A stretch of DNA of 64,000 nt from Felis catus (GCF_018350175.1 NC_058368.1:64544001-64608000), one strand, 5' to 3'. Counted from the stretch's first letter, positions 25,641 through 39,617 are shown. The notes: generated from the letters alone by a model not told the origin. Numbers and translations: made by a program.

Positions 25641-26069
25641 AAGGGTTTTCAACTTCAGTATTGTTACAGATTGAGCTAAACTGCTTCTGGGGGAGCTGCT
25701 CTGTGCATTTAAATAATACTGAGCCAGGGACACCTGGGTGGTTCAGTTTGTTGAGCATTCAACTTCAGCTCAGGTCATGATCTCACGGTTCATGGGTTTG
25801 AGCCCGCGTTGGGCTCTGTGCTGACAGCTCAGAGCCTGGATTCTGCTTCAGATCTGTGTCTTCCTCTCTCTCTGCCACTCCCCCACTCGTGCTCCGTGTC
25901 TCTCTCTAAAAAATAAACATTAAAAAAAATATTGAGCAGCATCCATCATCTCTACCCTTTAGATACCAGCAGCACCCCTCCCTGTCATAAGTTGTGATCA
26001 TCACAATTATCTCCAGATAGTTCCATATATCCTCTGAAGGGCAAAATTGTCCCCTGTTGAGAATCACAG
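25641..26069 (-). mobile_element. MER20 hAT-Charlie transposon split by a SINE
   Basis: agggttttcaac...ctgtgcatt|gagcagcatcc...ctctaccctttagataccagcagcacccc...agttgtga...gggcaaaattgtcccctgttgagaatcac. Confidence 0.88.
25727..25925 (+). mobile_element. CanSINE inside MER20
   Basis: gggacacctgggtggttcag...aaataaacattaaaa; TSD aatactgagc/aatattgagc. Confidence 0.97.
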
Positions 26070-26079
26070 CTTTATGTTA

Positions 26080-26855
26080 TCAGAGTGGTCTTTACAAAAT
26101 ATGGAGATGCTACCTATGTCCTTAAAACACTTGAAGAATTCTCACGGGACTATAGGATAAAGCCCAAGTCCATTCAGGGGCTGCCGTAACTTGGCCTTAT
26201 ATATATATCTGCACCTCTAACTCAAGCTTAGCCAGTTTATCTCCCATGAGCTCTAGACTCCATCCTTGCCAAATGGGTTACTCACATGCTTTTTATTATT
26301 TGTGTAATTGTGCTTACTCTAACTCTCTGATTACATGTTCCTGTCATTCATCTCTCTTCTCACCCCAAACTTCTGCTTTTATTATCTGTTAAGATTCAAC
26401 AACAATATCTTCTTCTCTTAATGACATCTTGCCTATCATTATGTCATCCCACACAGAACTATTATTTTCTTCTGCCCTGTATTGTGCCTTATATGCTGTA
26501 CTGACTTGCTGTTTCTAAATCTAATGTGATTAAGAGAGGTTTAAGTTTTCAGTCCTTCAAAGTACTTGCACAAATTAAAAGAATGAGTCCATCTTCATAA
26601 ACATTATATTGAGACAATCCAATTTACTTTGGAGCATATGTTCATATAGGCAAAGTTTCTAAATAGAAAACTTCTGTTGTAGCTATGTGCCACTTATAAA
26701 GTGTTATTATGTTGGATTTGCTGCATGCCTAATTCAATATTCTGGTCTATATTTTCTTTTAAGCTAGGGAGCATTTGTTGTACCTATTTATCTCTCTGCC
26801 GTATAGCATGTTATTTAACACATAGTAGGCATTTACTTATTGTTTGATAAAAGAA
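26080..26855 (+). mobile_element. L2 3' fragments
   Basis: ataggataaagcccaag; aacacatagtaggcatttac (L2 terminus). Confidence 0.55.
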
Positions 26856-29504
26856 AGTAGGGAAAAGAGAAAGGGAGGGAGGGAGGGAGAGGGAAAAGGG
26901 AAGATGCAAGGAAAAGAAGAGAATAGGGAGAAAGGAAAACAGTATTGTGATTTAAGAGTTGTGAGTCTGTAGATAAATGAATGGCAGAGCTACATTTAGA
27001 CAGTCTTTCCTCATGTGTCAGCATATTTATACCAAATTTTTGATCATCATCGTTAGTGTCATCACCACCACCATGTTAATAAGCACATGGTGAGAGCATA
27101 TACTGAGCACTTTCTAGGCACTTTACACACACTGACTTTGAAAGACCCTCATACTTCGTGGGTGCCTCCTTGAGGAGATTTGAATGCCGCTGCTGTTATT
27201 AACCCGCCCACCCTAATGTTATCATTTAAAGGCTTGTAGTTTAGCTCATTTACATATATGCATATTTACTAATGTATATTTTGTTCTTAAAATAGTGAAT
27301 TTTTCAAAAAATGCTATAGCTTTGCTTTTTAGTGCCCACATCCTATTGAAACATAATTTTCAGTTTACATAGGAAAGATGCTACAAAAATGATTCACACA
27401 CTTGCATAACTGTCCATCTAATTTTTGGTAGCACATAGACAAACTTTACATGATGGCAGGTAAGCTCTGGTTAGAGAGCCAGACAGGATTTGGTGACTTG
27501 TGTTCAAGGTATGTCCTTCACTGATGGGTTGACAAAAGATTCGAAATCACTGTTCCTCATGATTACACTTTGATTATGAATTTAAATCACTTGAAGTCCA
27601 TCTGTTCATCAAAGAGTAATTTACTGTCAAATCCAATAAGTGACAGGATATTCCTTTTCTTTACTTCTGACCTTGTTCTTGGCACAGAGGAAGTTGGTCC
27701 AAATGTGACAAATTTTCCCCTGACAGCTGGACGATTGTTCACTGTGGCCAAATGAGAAATCTGTTGCAGGGAATAGACAGGCTGGATGCACCAAATTTTT
27801 TACCATTTTAAAATGTTCTTTTGAATGCATATATTATTTCTCAAATTTGCCTTTGCTTTATTTAATAATTTTCTACCCTTATGCTCTGTCAGTCCTATGA
27901 CATACATACATCTTCTCTCTGACTATTTTAATATATAACCTGTGTCACAAGCTGCCTTTATTATTTAAAAACTATAATTCCACTTCTTTTCTCCCTTTTG
28001 TTTGTCTAGCTTAAAGTGTCTAGTGAACTCCAGCTTTTTTTTTTAAAGAGAAAGCGTAGTATAGAAATAGGAAAGAAATGCATCTGTCCCATTTAATTAT
28101 GATTTCCTTGAAGTTGAAGGCCACATTTAAAATATATATTTACATTTCTACCACATAGCACAGCAACTGGCAGAATTTCAATAACACATTTCTGGAAAAA
28201 AAACATTTGAAGTAGTTTTAGGAGAAGTGGTATAATAAAATCATTTATTATGAATAAAGCATTTGGGTATAAACAATCTTAATTTGGTTTATCATATAAT
28301 CTCCATCTGAACATGCCATAATAACACAATAGCACAGTAAAATACTTGCTTTTCAATTACATTTATATGATACCAATTACCAGTAACTTTTTTTTTTACT
28401 TTGCACATTCAAAGGGCACAATTGGCATCATATTTTTATCCCAACATCCTTCAAATTTAATGTGCTATTTGTTAATTTTGTGTCTCTTCACTAGGTTCAT
28501 GCATTTTCAAAAGCAAACAAATTGTGGACTACCCAAGGCAATATATTTATTCCCCAAAGTACAGAACTCAAAAACTAAAACTAGATCCTTTGTTCTTCCC
28601 TCCCTCTTATCCTCTCTCCTTCCTTTCCTTCCCTCCTTTCCTTTTTCATTTTCTGCAAGGGCAACTTAAGTGGCCAATAGATGCTTGGCACTTTGTTATA
28701 TGTCAGATGAATAAAAAACAATCACTGGGTTTTAAGACTACATGTCCCAGAAGATATTGAAGAAATTTGCATTTTTATATAGTGCTCAAGGAGCCTATAA
28801 ACTAAAGAACAACTAAATGCTCAATTATGTCCTACACTAAAAATATGGTAGTTATTCCAATAAGGAAATTATCAATGTTATCTGGAATAACTGGAAATTG
28901 CTGGAAGAAGGACCAGTTGAACTAGGTCTTGAAGACTGGCTAGTGTTTGGGGAAATAGGACCAAGAAGGTGGAAAGCCTGAATTGAGGTAGGATAGGAAT
29001 ATTAGAGTATGTGTCTAAGCAAAATTTAAAAAGGTGTTTACCTAGGAACAGAAACCTCAGGAATCCTAGGTTCCAGATAGAAACTTCTAAAGATGCAGTA
29101 GGGAACTCCAGATCCCAGGGTGGCAAAAGTAAATGTGTTTTCTTCTGGGAGGCAGAAGATGTTTAGCAGGAAGGTATTAGAGCTCAGGAAACTGGCTGGG
29201 GAACTTTGAAATATGAGCGAAACTTAGAGACGTGGCAGAGGAAGAAACAATCGGTCTTAGAAACAGACTAGTAAGATTTTCTCCAATGTGCTTGGCTGTA
29301 GAGATCAGCATTTTCTTCTTTTCCTGAAAATCAATCGAAAACATCAAGGAGAATAAAAAATAAGTCCTGTAAACTTTAGATTTTGTAAAAGCAAGTAAAA
29401 TGTGTTTTCTTTAGACCCAAATATATAGGAAAGATGCTAAGACAAAAGTACAGAAAAGAAAATTGGAAAATTAATGACAGGGTTTCTTGAGAGTAGAGAA
29501 ACTT

Positions 29505-30915
29505 ATTAATCGATTTAACAAATATGTATTGAGCTTCTCCTGTGGGTCAGGCCCTGCTTTTGGCTTGAGGAGGAAAAAGAATGAATAAAATGGACAAAAG
29601 GTCCTGCCATCCTAGAGCTTCTGGTATAGTTGAGAGAGACCAACAACAAAAAAAGAATTAAAATATACCAGCGTGATGAAGGGCATAAAAAGAAAAATGA
29701 AGCCGGAAAAGGAGGGACAGTGTGGGTAATGGGAGAGTTTAATTTTAAATAGACTGGTCAGGGAAGGTTCCATGGGCTGAATGTTTGTGATTCCCAAAAT
29801 TCATGTGTTGAAACCTTCATCTCCACTGTGATGGTACCTGGGGATTGAGAATTTGGAAGGTGATTAGGACTTGAGGGTGGGGCCCTCTTGAAGGAATTAA
29901 CATCCTTACAGGGACAAGAGAGCTTGCTCCATCTTACTATTCACCATCATGTGAGGCAACAGAAGATAATCATCTGCGCACCAGGAGGAGGTTTCCCAGA
30001 TCCAGATCTGTGGGTACCTTGAACTTGGATTTGTTAGCCTCCAGAACTGTGAGAAATAAATATGTGCTGTTTAAGCCACACTATGCTAATTTCTTACAGT
30101 AGCTTTAGCAGCCTAAGACCGAAGGCCTCACTGGATAGGTCGTATTTGAGCACAGACCAGAGAGGGATGAGAGGGTTAGAGGGAGAGCAAGGAGAATGGT
30201 TTGGGGGCCAGAGATGTCTGAGGGGCAGCTGGATGTGTGGCCCGACCTGAAAGAAGGACCAGACAACAATCAGGGAATGCAGTGAGAGCAATACCAACAC
30301 ATCAGTTTGTATGGAGCATTGTAAGTGAGAGTGAACACTGGCCATTTAATCAGATTGGCATAGGAAACCATTGGAGGGTTTTGAGCCAAAAGATGGATGT
30401 GATATGGTATACATTTTCATGGGATCATTTTGTTGGGCTTTCTCGTTGAGAATCCACAGTGTGCACGGCAGACACACAGATTATGAGGCTTTATAGCACG
30501 CCAGGTGGGCGATGATGGTGAAGTGGGTCAGGATGATGTCCATAGGGGTGGTGAAACGTGGTGAGAATCAATCCATGATGAAGCTAAGAGATTTGACAAT
30601 GGATGAGATGTGGAGTACGAAAGATGAGTCCAGGTGACTCGCAGGTCTTTGGTTTGAGTAATTGGAAGATAGCGTTGAAATTAACTTAGTGTGGGCAGAC
30701 TACAGATGCAGTTTTTGGAGAAAAGAGCAGTAACATTTTGTTTTTGTTTTTGTTTTGAAATGGTAAATTTGAGATGCCTATTGAACGTTCCTGTAGAGAG
30801 AGATAGTAGACCATTGGATCTAGGAGTCTGGAGTTCTAGGGAAGATCTGAACTGGATAAATAATTCTCTCCTGGTGTAGATGATATTGTCAGTCACAGGA
30901 CTGGGTAAAGTCCCC
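29505..30915 (-). mobile_element. L2 (L2a-like) interrupted by MLT1A
   Basis: ttaacaaatatgtattgagc (3' end); gtcagggaagg|cctcactg; ccattggagggttttgagc; tttgagatgccta; ggagtctggagttc. Confidence 0.88.
29768..30120 (+). mobile_element. MLT1A-type MaLR solo LTR
   Basis: ctgaatgtttgtgattcccaaaattcatgtgttgaaacc...agcctccagaactgtgagaaataaa...ctaagac; perfect TSD gaagg at 29763-29767 and 30121-30125. Confidence 0.93.
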
Positions 30916-33900
30916 AAAAGAAAGTGTGTTTTTTTGTTTTTGTTTTTGTAGTTTAGTTTTTTTTTAAATAAGGTAATACACGGCATCTTTCGGAAAACAT
31001 GGTGACGATGAAGGTCATACTCTGGAGTACATCTATTTTCTGATTTGTGGTACCAGAGCCCTGCACCACGGCCATCCAAAACCAATTTGGGTTCAGAGAA
31101 TAAAGGTTCAGGGTTACAGCTTTACTGGGAATTTCAAACGAGCCAGATTTGCATGAGGAAAACATCAAAATTATCCTAATATTTGCATCACCATTTAAGT
31201 TTTATAAGACAAATATGACTATAAAGAGGACATTGGATTTTTAACAGATGTTAGTTTATTTTTCTTGCATCTGATGCTGTTCCCTGTGGCACACACAATG
31301 ACAATCAGATGCCTACGTGGCTCCTTACAAACAAAGAGTCAATGAGCTGCCTGATCTGTCAGGACCTACCTCTCTTCTTGGGCAAAACACTTCACCTCTT
31401 TCAGCCTTATTTTCCTTGGGTAGATGGAAGTGTTGGCATATCTCTCATGGCTAAGACTCTCTTACTCCTACTTCATCACTCACTAGCATCTGCTTTAAAT
31501 GCACCTTGAGGGGAATTTTATTGCTTTAGGACAAAGCTACTGTGATCTTTAAACTATATTTGCATGTTAAATATTTGGAGGAATTGTTTTTTTAATTTTA
31601 AAAGGGTTCAATTACAGGATATTGTGCTATACATTCTTTTAACAAAAGTACACCAAATATTTAGTAATCTTTATTTACATTTCTCCTCATTTATATTTAA
31701 TATCTCTACAGATATTTTTCCATAACTTAAATTTGCTAATTATAAAACAGAAAGCTTTTTTTAATCTATGAAATGTCTCATTTTTATTTCAAAGTTTCCA
31801 GTATTTTAAGGTGCAGTTTTAAAATAAAATTTCAAGTTATTTTGCAATTCAGTTTATTAGATTTAGGATTTTTTCAGGAAGAAGAGATGTCTGCTTTCTG
31901 CACAGTGAGCTGCCATTTTGTTTCTTATCTATTATTTTTTGTTACATTTTAAATTCAAAGGAGGAGTGGGAGTAATTATATGCCATGAAGAGCTGACTCC
32001 TTTGCAGGTATCATTGGAATTAATGTTGCAGAGTGAGCAAGGTCTTGGTGTTACCCATGTTCTACACAGGTAAATGAGACAAAGTTGTATAATTTATCAC
32101 TTGGATCTGACTGGAGAAACCGAGATATTTCCATTACCCCTCCTACAGCCACCGCAACTTACTTCAAATCCTTATATATCTTACTTCAGAGCCTGAGTTT
32201 TATACATTTCTTATGGCCTACTTGATCCACATGAACCAATTATATCAAATAATACCTTCTTAAGTTTTAATTAATGAGTCCATCTTTTATGTCTGCCATG
32301 AAAATTTCCATATTTTTGTGCCAAATGATTGTAGATAGATTTTGCAGAAACACGTTTATAGAGTCATGGAATAAATTTATGGGTAAATAAATCACAAAAT
32401 CTATAAATTTTTAGTAAGAATCTGCCTTCTTAGGTGCTACTTTATCCATCAATCTGAAGCAAAGAAAGAGAAGTTTTAATAAATGGAAATTGACTGCATT
32501 TATTTCCCATCAGTTTCACCATGATTAACACAGTTTAGTGATGGATTTGTAGTCAAGAACACCTTAATACATTACAACTCCACTGAGTTTCTTTGGAGAA
32601 ATATGCGCTTACATATAATACGCCAACAGTCAGTCACATTGCTTATGCATGGGTCAACCCCAAGTGATGCTATTTACTTAGACTGTGAAATTAGTGGCAC
32701 CTCTGGAGTTATGCAATACACATCCTCCCCAATACACCATGGTAGAAAAGTTTTTAAGTTTAAAACCATGGAGGAGTTTGAAGTTACATACCGCATGATA
32801 TATTCAACATGGCATTCATAATAGTAACAGAAATTGTTTAAAATCACATTAAAGCATTTAATTACATAGTGTATCATGACAGAATTAGAATCACACCCAA
32901 TATATATATTTTCTGTTCATGCCCTATATTTTATCCAAGATTGAGGAAGATTATAGTGATGTGGAGATTATATATATAATCTTTATATGTGTAAACATTA
33001 TATATATTAAATATTATATATGTTAAAAATAAACATAATGGAAAGAAGCAAATATACTAATAACAATGACTAGTAACGTGACTGTGTCAGCACATTCATA
33101 CTCGTGTATCCCAATAACCAACACGAAGGAAGCCAGCATTCGTAATCTTTCTACTTTTTGGAGGCAAATGCTGTCAGATTTTCAAAGGGCAAACGCAATT
33201 CACCATGCGATCAATTTCCCACATGAGCCTTTATTTGAGACATGGAACACACGTACAAATGCATATGTTGTTGAATAACTATGGTTTTATAACATGTGCA
33301 AGAATTTTTTATGCAATTACTTGTTCTAACGTTCAGGCAATTCTGTCAGAATAATGCTTGTGATAAAATAATCTCACAATGGGTGGAATAGAAACTCTAG
33401 AAAAATAGACGAGTTGGGTAGCAATTTGATTGTATACTTTGACTTGAGAGTTTGTCATCAGGTATACTCAGGGTATATATATTATATACTTTACAAATTA
33501 AATAAGCTCATATAGAGTCAACACTTCACTTTAAAACTTGAAAACCCAGCCATGTTTTCTGTTTGCTTTTTGTTCTGTTTTTGTTTTCCTGAGGTGGATG
33601 GGTGGATGGCCACATCATTTCCACATGAGCTGAATCACTGAGGTTCCTTCAGGCAAAACGCTGCTGTTGTTGTTTTATTTCCTCCAAGAGTCATTTTGAT
33701 TTTATTTCAGCATTTGCACAAGAGCTGAATAAAATCCCAAGAGTTCTAAACCTATATCAAAGGGGATTTTACTACAAGAGTTTAGCCCTATGATGATCTT
33801 TAAAAAAACATTTCATCTTAAATAGATCTCCCTGTGTGGCCTGTAGGATAATTTCAGTGGTGAAATAGCCTGCATATCAGACAAACTGACTCAGAATATG

Positions 33901-34410
33901 CCCTAGAAAACTGATTTTAATGATACCAAAAATGAGCATTAGACTGATAACAGAATTCTGAGTCACTTCTAGTTTTTATATATAAAATCACCCCATCAAG
34001 CGGTAAGGACTCATCTCCTTGTTTACTTGCAAAGAAAATTTATATATAGGGTTCATCTCTAAATAGTCTTAGACCATTATCGTGTGAATTAAAGAATATA
34101 GTATTAAAACCCTGGTTCATAACATATCACTTGAGATTTTGATCTTATCTTTCAGTATACTATTTATGGTAAATATAATCTTACAGTGCCATTAAAATAT
34201 ATATTTCATGGAAGCAGTAATGTCCAGGGCTTTTGATCATAGCTGATTCTCTTCTAATCAAAAGCCAATGATGGAGTAATAAAAAAAAAATGATAGTTTT
34301 ATGTTGCTACAACTTGGTCAGTGTGTCCATGAAGGTTTGAGTGGCCCACAGTAGAATGGTGGAACCTGGAAATTCTGTAGTCCCTGGTTGTAAGATACTG
34401 GTTTAAAGTT

Positions 34411-34429
34411 AAAAAAAAGATAAAAATAA

Positions 34430-34460
<31 letters not shown>

Positions 34461-34510
34461 TAAAAATAAAGGAAGGAAGGAAGGAAGGAAGGAAGGAAGG
34501 AAGGAAGGAA
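34411..34510. repeat. Compound microsatellite: (TAAAA/TAAAAA)n then (GGAA)10
   Basis: Directly visible. Confidence 0.96.
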
Positions 34511-35124
34511 GAGGTATAAACACCATTGAGTAAATTCCAAATTTTCCGTGAGTATGGTCCTGTTTGAAAATGAGGCAGGTTGCATTTTGATTCAATTGAG
34601 AGGGTACTGAATATGAGGTGTTAATTAAAGGTTTGGTACCCACCATGCTAAACAGGTTTCACACTGTTCTGGCTGTCCTTTCTAGTAAAAGCTGGAGGAA
34701 AGAGGCCTTCATTTCCCAACAGTAGGGCAGCATTTCCAGTTTTCATCTGTCAATAATGCTTTGTGATGTGATATGTGAGCAAGCCTTTCTTTAAGTGGCT
34801 TTTGAAGAAACTCTCAGAAGTTGTTTGAACATTGCAAGACTGCATAGAGAGCTAATAAAGACCTTGAATCATTTCAACTTTATCTCCTAGCTTTTCAGAC
34901 ATTACTGGTGTCGTTTAAGACAATGTGGGGGAAGGAATCATGGACATAAACTCACGTCCATCTTAAGAATGAAAGTAAGCACAGAATGGCTACTGAATAG
35001 TCAAATTGGAAATCTCCATACAGTGGCCTACAGAAATAGAAGTTTATGCTTATAGATGAGTCTGGTTAGATTTTTCCTTTAGGTACATATGCTTATTCCT
35101 AAGTACAGGACTGAAGAGAAAATA

Positions 35125-35380
35125 ATAGTCTAGTAAGTGCCTGTATTGAGCATTTATTACACATCAGTTACTGTTCTGCACACATTTTGTGCATTCTTTT
35201 ATTTAATTCTTATAAACACACAAAATATACAGGTTCTATTATGTAGTCCCCATTTCACAGGTGAGGGAACAATCTCAGAGATGTAACATAACTCACTCAA
35301 CATCCCCAAACTGTAAAAGTATGTAGAAGAAGAAGGACTTTGACTCCCTTGTCCTATTTTAAACTGCTGGGTCACACTGC
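35125..35380 (-). mobile_element. MIR, near full length
   Basis: tattgagcattta...atttaattctta...ccccatttcacaggtgagggaac...tgactcc. Confidence 0.8.
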
Positions 35381-36338
35381 TACTCAGTTTTTCATACAAG
35401 TGGATTTAGTTCTGAGAACATCAAAGAAAACTCTGGACAATATTCTTAAAAACAATGCTACTTTTCAATGATGAGAGATTGTGCAGTTTAAACAGCTGTC
35501 AGTGACAAGAGCTTTAAATAGCCTTGATGTACCTTGGAGAGATGCACACATAAGTTAGAATACGAGACATTCAACTCAAAGTCGAGTTCAATACAAATAA
35601 AAAGAAATAGGTGTTGGGGCCAGAGAGCTCGGTGTTTATTCCTCTGTCACAAATTAATGTTTCTAAGTTAACTCTCCCACTTTTTTCTCTGTATATCCTT
35701 AAAATAAAAAAAGAGTCTAAGTGTTTATGAAATGGTAGCAATACCATGAAATCCACCTCTTAAAGGAAAAAATAGCACCATAGCCAGGGGAGTCAGCTAA
35801 TGCACTGGCTGACTTAAAGAGGGATTCAAGGATTCATCTACACAAGATTCCGGGTCATACAAACTGGAGAATACAAAGCTGTTGTTTCCTTTGAGGGAAA
35901 CAAACATACAAACAACAAATTACCACTTCACAGGAGGTGTGTTTAAGATGTTTGGCAAGTGAGATGGGGTATAGAAAACATCTGTCTCACCCTAGAACCT
36001 GTCCTTGGCTGTTTGGAATGCAAGAGTAGAGAACCTGTTAGGTATGGGGAGTAGCAGCCACTTGCCTTTGTCAATTTGTGCTCATCTGCACTGGGTAAGC
36101 AAAAATGTCAGATCTGAAAGAAGGTAAATAGACATGAGCTGGGGATTTCCTAGACTCTGAAAGGAGACAGGGATATAAATAAATTGGAACTTGTGGTACA
36201 GCATCATTTGGAAAGTATGTGTAGAAATTAGCTTTATTTACATAAGTAAATTCTCCATACTTGTACAAGAAGGTGCGTCACTAAATTTCTTACATCATGT
36301 GTTTGCATGGGTAGGAATAATGATATGCATGCACGCAT

Positions 36339-36340
<2 letters not shown>

Positions 36341-36372
<32 letters not shown>
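36341..36372. repeat. (AC)16 microsatellite
   Basis: Directly visible. Confidence 0.98.
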
Positions 36373-36376
<4 letters not shown>

Positions 36377-36399
36377 TTTGATGGAAGGACACAGCAGAA

Positions 36400-36770
36400 T
36401 TGGGTGAGTACCTTCACTTTTTTGCATCTTTGCAGTCTGGCTACTCATACCTCATCACGGTTTTATGCAAAGCACTGAGTGTCACTCTGTAGCCATGCCC
36501 TTTCTATCTAGAAAAGCTGCCTTCAGCTTTCCCCTTGCTGTTCCTTCTGTATTTGTTTCAGGCATCACTGCTCCAGAGTGCCTTCTTCATGACCTCACTG
36601 TGTGGTTTAGGAATGTGCTCATAGCGTCCTATCTCTATTACACAATTAACACTCTGCCTTGAAATGGTCTACTTAACTTTTCCTTCATGTCTTAGTCTGT
36701 TTGATTTTCCTGACACAGGACAAGGTGTACAGGACTTGGCAACATACATGTAATAACTTAAATGAATAAA
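36400..36770 (+). mobile_element. L2 3' region
   Basis: cttgctgttccttctg; caggcatcactgctccagagtgccttc; ends aaatgaataaa. Confidence 0.55.
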
Positions 36771-36909
36771 CAGCTGTTACTAATTTTGTAATTTTGTCAC
36801 AGGAATTCTTCCATTATTTGCACATTCAAATAGGTTATCATAAGGTTCCCTAAGTCTCTAAACCTCTCTACCATTTTTCATGTCATTACTACAGTGTTAC
36901 CTGATCGCA

Positions 36910-37095
36910 GGATATGAAAGTTGAAAGGGGATTTGGAGATTGACTAGTTCAAACATTTATTTTATAGATGAGAAAGCAAAGAGCAGGAAAGGTGCAATCA
37001 TTTATCCAAACCCTCTCAAACAGTGAACAGGATGCCAAAGACTGGAGTCTTTATCTCCTAATGACTTTTATGGGGCTCTTTCTATCTGTTCCACA
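36910..37095 (-). mobile_element. MIR (MIRc/MIR3-like)
   Basis: agttgaaaggggatttggagat...ttttatagatgagaaagc. Confidence 0.65.
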
Positions 37096-39489
37096 TTATG
37101 TAATTGCTGGCTGAGAGTGTACAATTTTAAGTCATTTCAGAGTTTAAATCATGTCTGTACAATCAGGCTTTTTGTGAAGCATTGTAATAAATGGTAGACA
37201 CTGAGTAAATATTTGTTGAATTAAATTGTGCTTAACTTCCATGATTAAGACCCTATTTTCTGCATCACTTGGAAAGTCCTGAATTTATAATTAATAGTAA
37301 AGGGGAAGGGAATTTCTTGGAGGGGATATATGTATAATACTAAAAGTAATAATTCACATATTCAAGTTTTATCATTGTCTCCTTAGAATCGTGTCACACA
37401 GGAACACACAGTAAAGTGGATGTTTCCGCTCACAACTCATACTTGAATATCAAAATTCTATTCCTTGTCTATCATGGGAAAGTGTCTTAAGAATATTAAA
37501 AGTAAATAAGCAGTGTAGTCTATATTTGAGAACTATCAGAAATGAGTTGAAGTTCTAAATAAAAGCTGATATTCTGGCACTGGATGAGCTTTGATCTCCT
37601 AATGGTTTTTAAATGGCCATTTTCCCTGAGCTTGAACTAAATCATTAAGCCCACTCATTTTTTTTTTCCTCTACCGTGAGGCGTGATTAAGGATTTATTT
37701 TAATTAGAGGGAATAGATATAAATATATATGAAATTCTTCCATAAAAAGAGGCCTATTGTACAACAGAGAAAATATTCACATGTACACTTACTGTCCTTT
37801 CTGGCTGCAGTAAGTCCCTTTATATTTCACAGCAGATTGCATGTGATTCAAATTCATAATCTATAAACTTAGTGACTTCCAACTGTATGTTCTATCCATT
37901 TTCTTCTTTTACCTGGATGTGATTGACTGTAGCCCTAAAACATCTGGGAAGAAGAAGAGAGAAGATTCTGAGAAGAAAAACAAGGCAAATAATGATACAA
38001 GGAGCATGATATGGGAGGCTAATGCGTTTGGCCTCTCACTGACCTCTCTGTTCAGCACATTCCTGCCTTGCCACTGTGAGCAGTAGCTTTCTGATTCCAA
38101 TCATTCTTATACCACATTAATGGAAGGAAAAAAAAGGCATTTTGGTTATTATAGGTCTAAAAGTCAATCTGATTATGCAGCTCAGCCTTCACAGTGACAC
38201 AGGACATCCTATTGACATGTGTGTGTAAATATCAGAGTTCTTATGTATTTAAGGGGTTTAAGAGGACTCACTTTGGCCCTCTAGATGTTATAAGTTTGAC
38301 CAAGAGCATCTATTTTTATCAACTATATAGATCTACCAGTCATGTGGGAGAAGAAGCAAGCTCCTTTGATGAGAGATTAAAATGGAGGGAGACAGGTTGG
38401 CAAACAAGACACTTCTTTCCTGATTTTGCCTCTGAAGAGGTAGGAAAGTGAGACTGTCATGTGATGAAAAGCTCAAGGAGCACCCCTCCCTGCATTTGGG
38501 CTGGCATACTTCTCTCAGTGGTGGCCAAGGCTTACTGGAGCTAATGGGTAGATAGTGTTCCGAGCCAGAGTGTAGAAAGGGCTATGGAAATGAGATCCAT
38601 AGGTAAGTTATAAAGGAAGGGTCAGAAACATGTGTTTTGTAAGCTAAACTTATTTATTAGTTTGTCTACATTCCCTTATTTGTTTTTATTTTATTTTCTT
38701 TGATGGTATTTTTTGACATATTTTTGAATATACCAGACTCTGAGCTCTACTAACAAGAATCAGCGAAGGCATTTTTGGTCCAATCTGGAGATGAAATTGA
38801 AGGTGGAAAATGCACCCATGAGCAACAGCATGTGGGTGGAAGCGGTCATCAGTTTTTGAGCACCAGAACAGAAAGGGATGCTCCAGGGGAGCACTTTGAA
38901 GTCATTCTGTTACTCATCTTTCCCTATTTATATATACGCCATCCACACTTGGAAACTTGGAGACCTTTGATTGCATTGACAATAAAGGATGATCACTGCA
39001 TTCAGTCAGAGCAGGAAAACCTAGTTAATTGACTGGCAGAGAGTGATATATGTCGAGTAATTGGGGGAATTTCAAGAAGTTGCAGGTGCTAATGAGTTCT
39101 TTTGCTGACATGTTAAAACAGTTTTACAAGTAATTGATTATCTAAAACAATGACTTCAGTGAAGATTTGTGAGAATATCTGTGTGTTAGATCACAGTAAA
39201 GAAACTCTGGTATTTATATGCTTGACCCCTCATGAGACTCTGAATGTGGGGCTGGAGGATGCACTAAGTGCTCACCAGTTCCGACCTCTCCACAATAGGT
39301 GGTTCTGTTACTACAGAAAATGAAAGAGGCAGAAATATTTTGGCAGCATATCTGTTCAATAATTTTTCTCTTCCAACTTACATTCCAGGTAATTGTGATG
39401 CTCTTAACTGGTGGTTAGCATGAATGAAATCATGGCAATGTTTTGCAAACGAGAAGGAATATAATCTATATAGATATGGAAGAACATTT

Positions 39490-39617
39490 TAGGGTAGAAA
39501 TCCTGTGGATCAGGATTTGAATTCTGGGTCTATCACTTCTTCACTGTGTGATCTTGAGAATATTATTTATTCTCTCTTTATTTCACCTTTTTCATCTTTA
39601 AGATGAGTATAATAATT
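39490..39617 (+). mobile_element. MIR 5' half/core, interrupted by a SINE
   Basis: tttgaattctgggtctatcactt...ctgtgtgatcttg...catctttaagatgagtataata. Confidence 0.75.
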
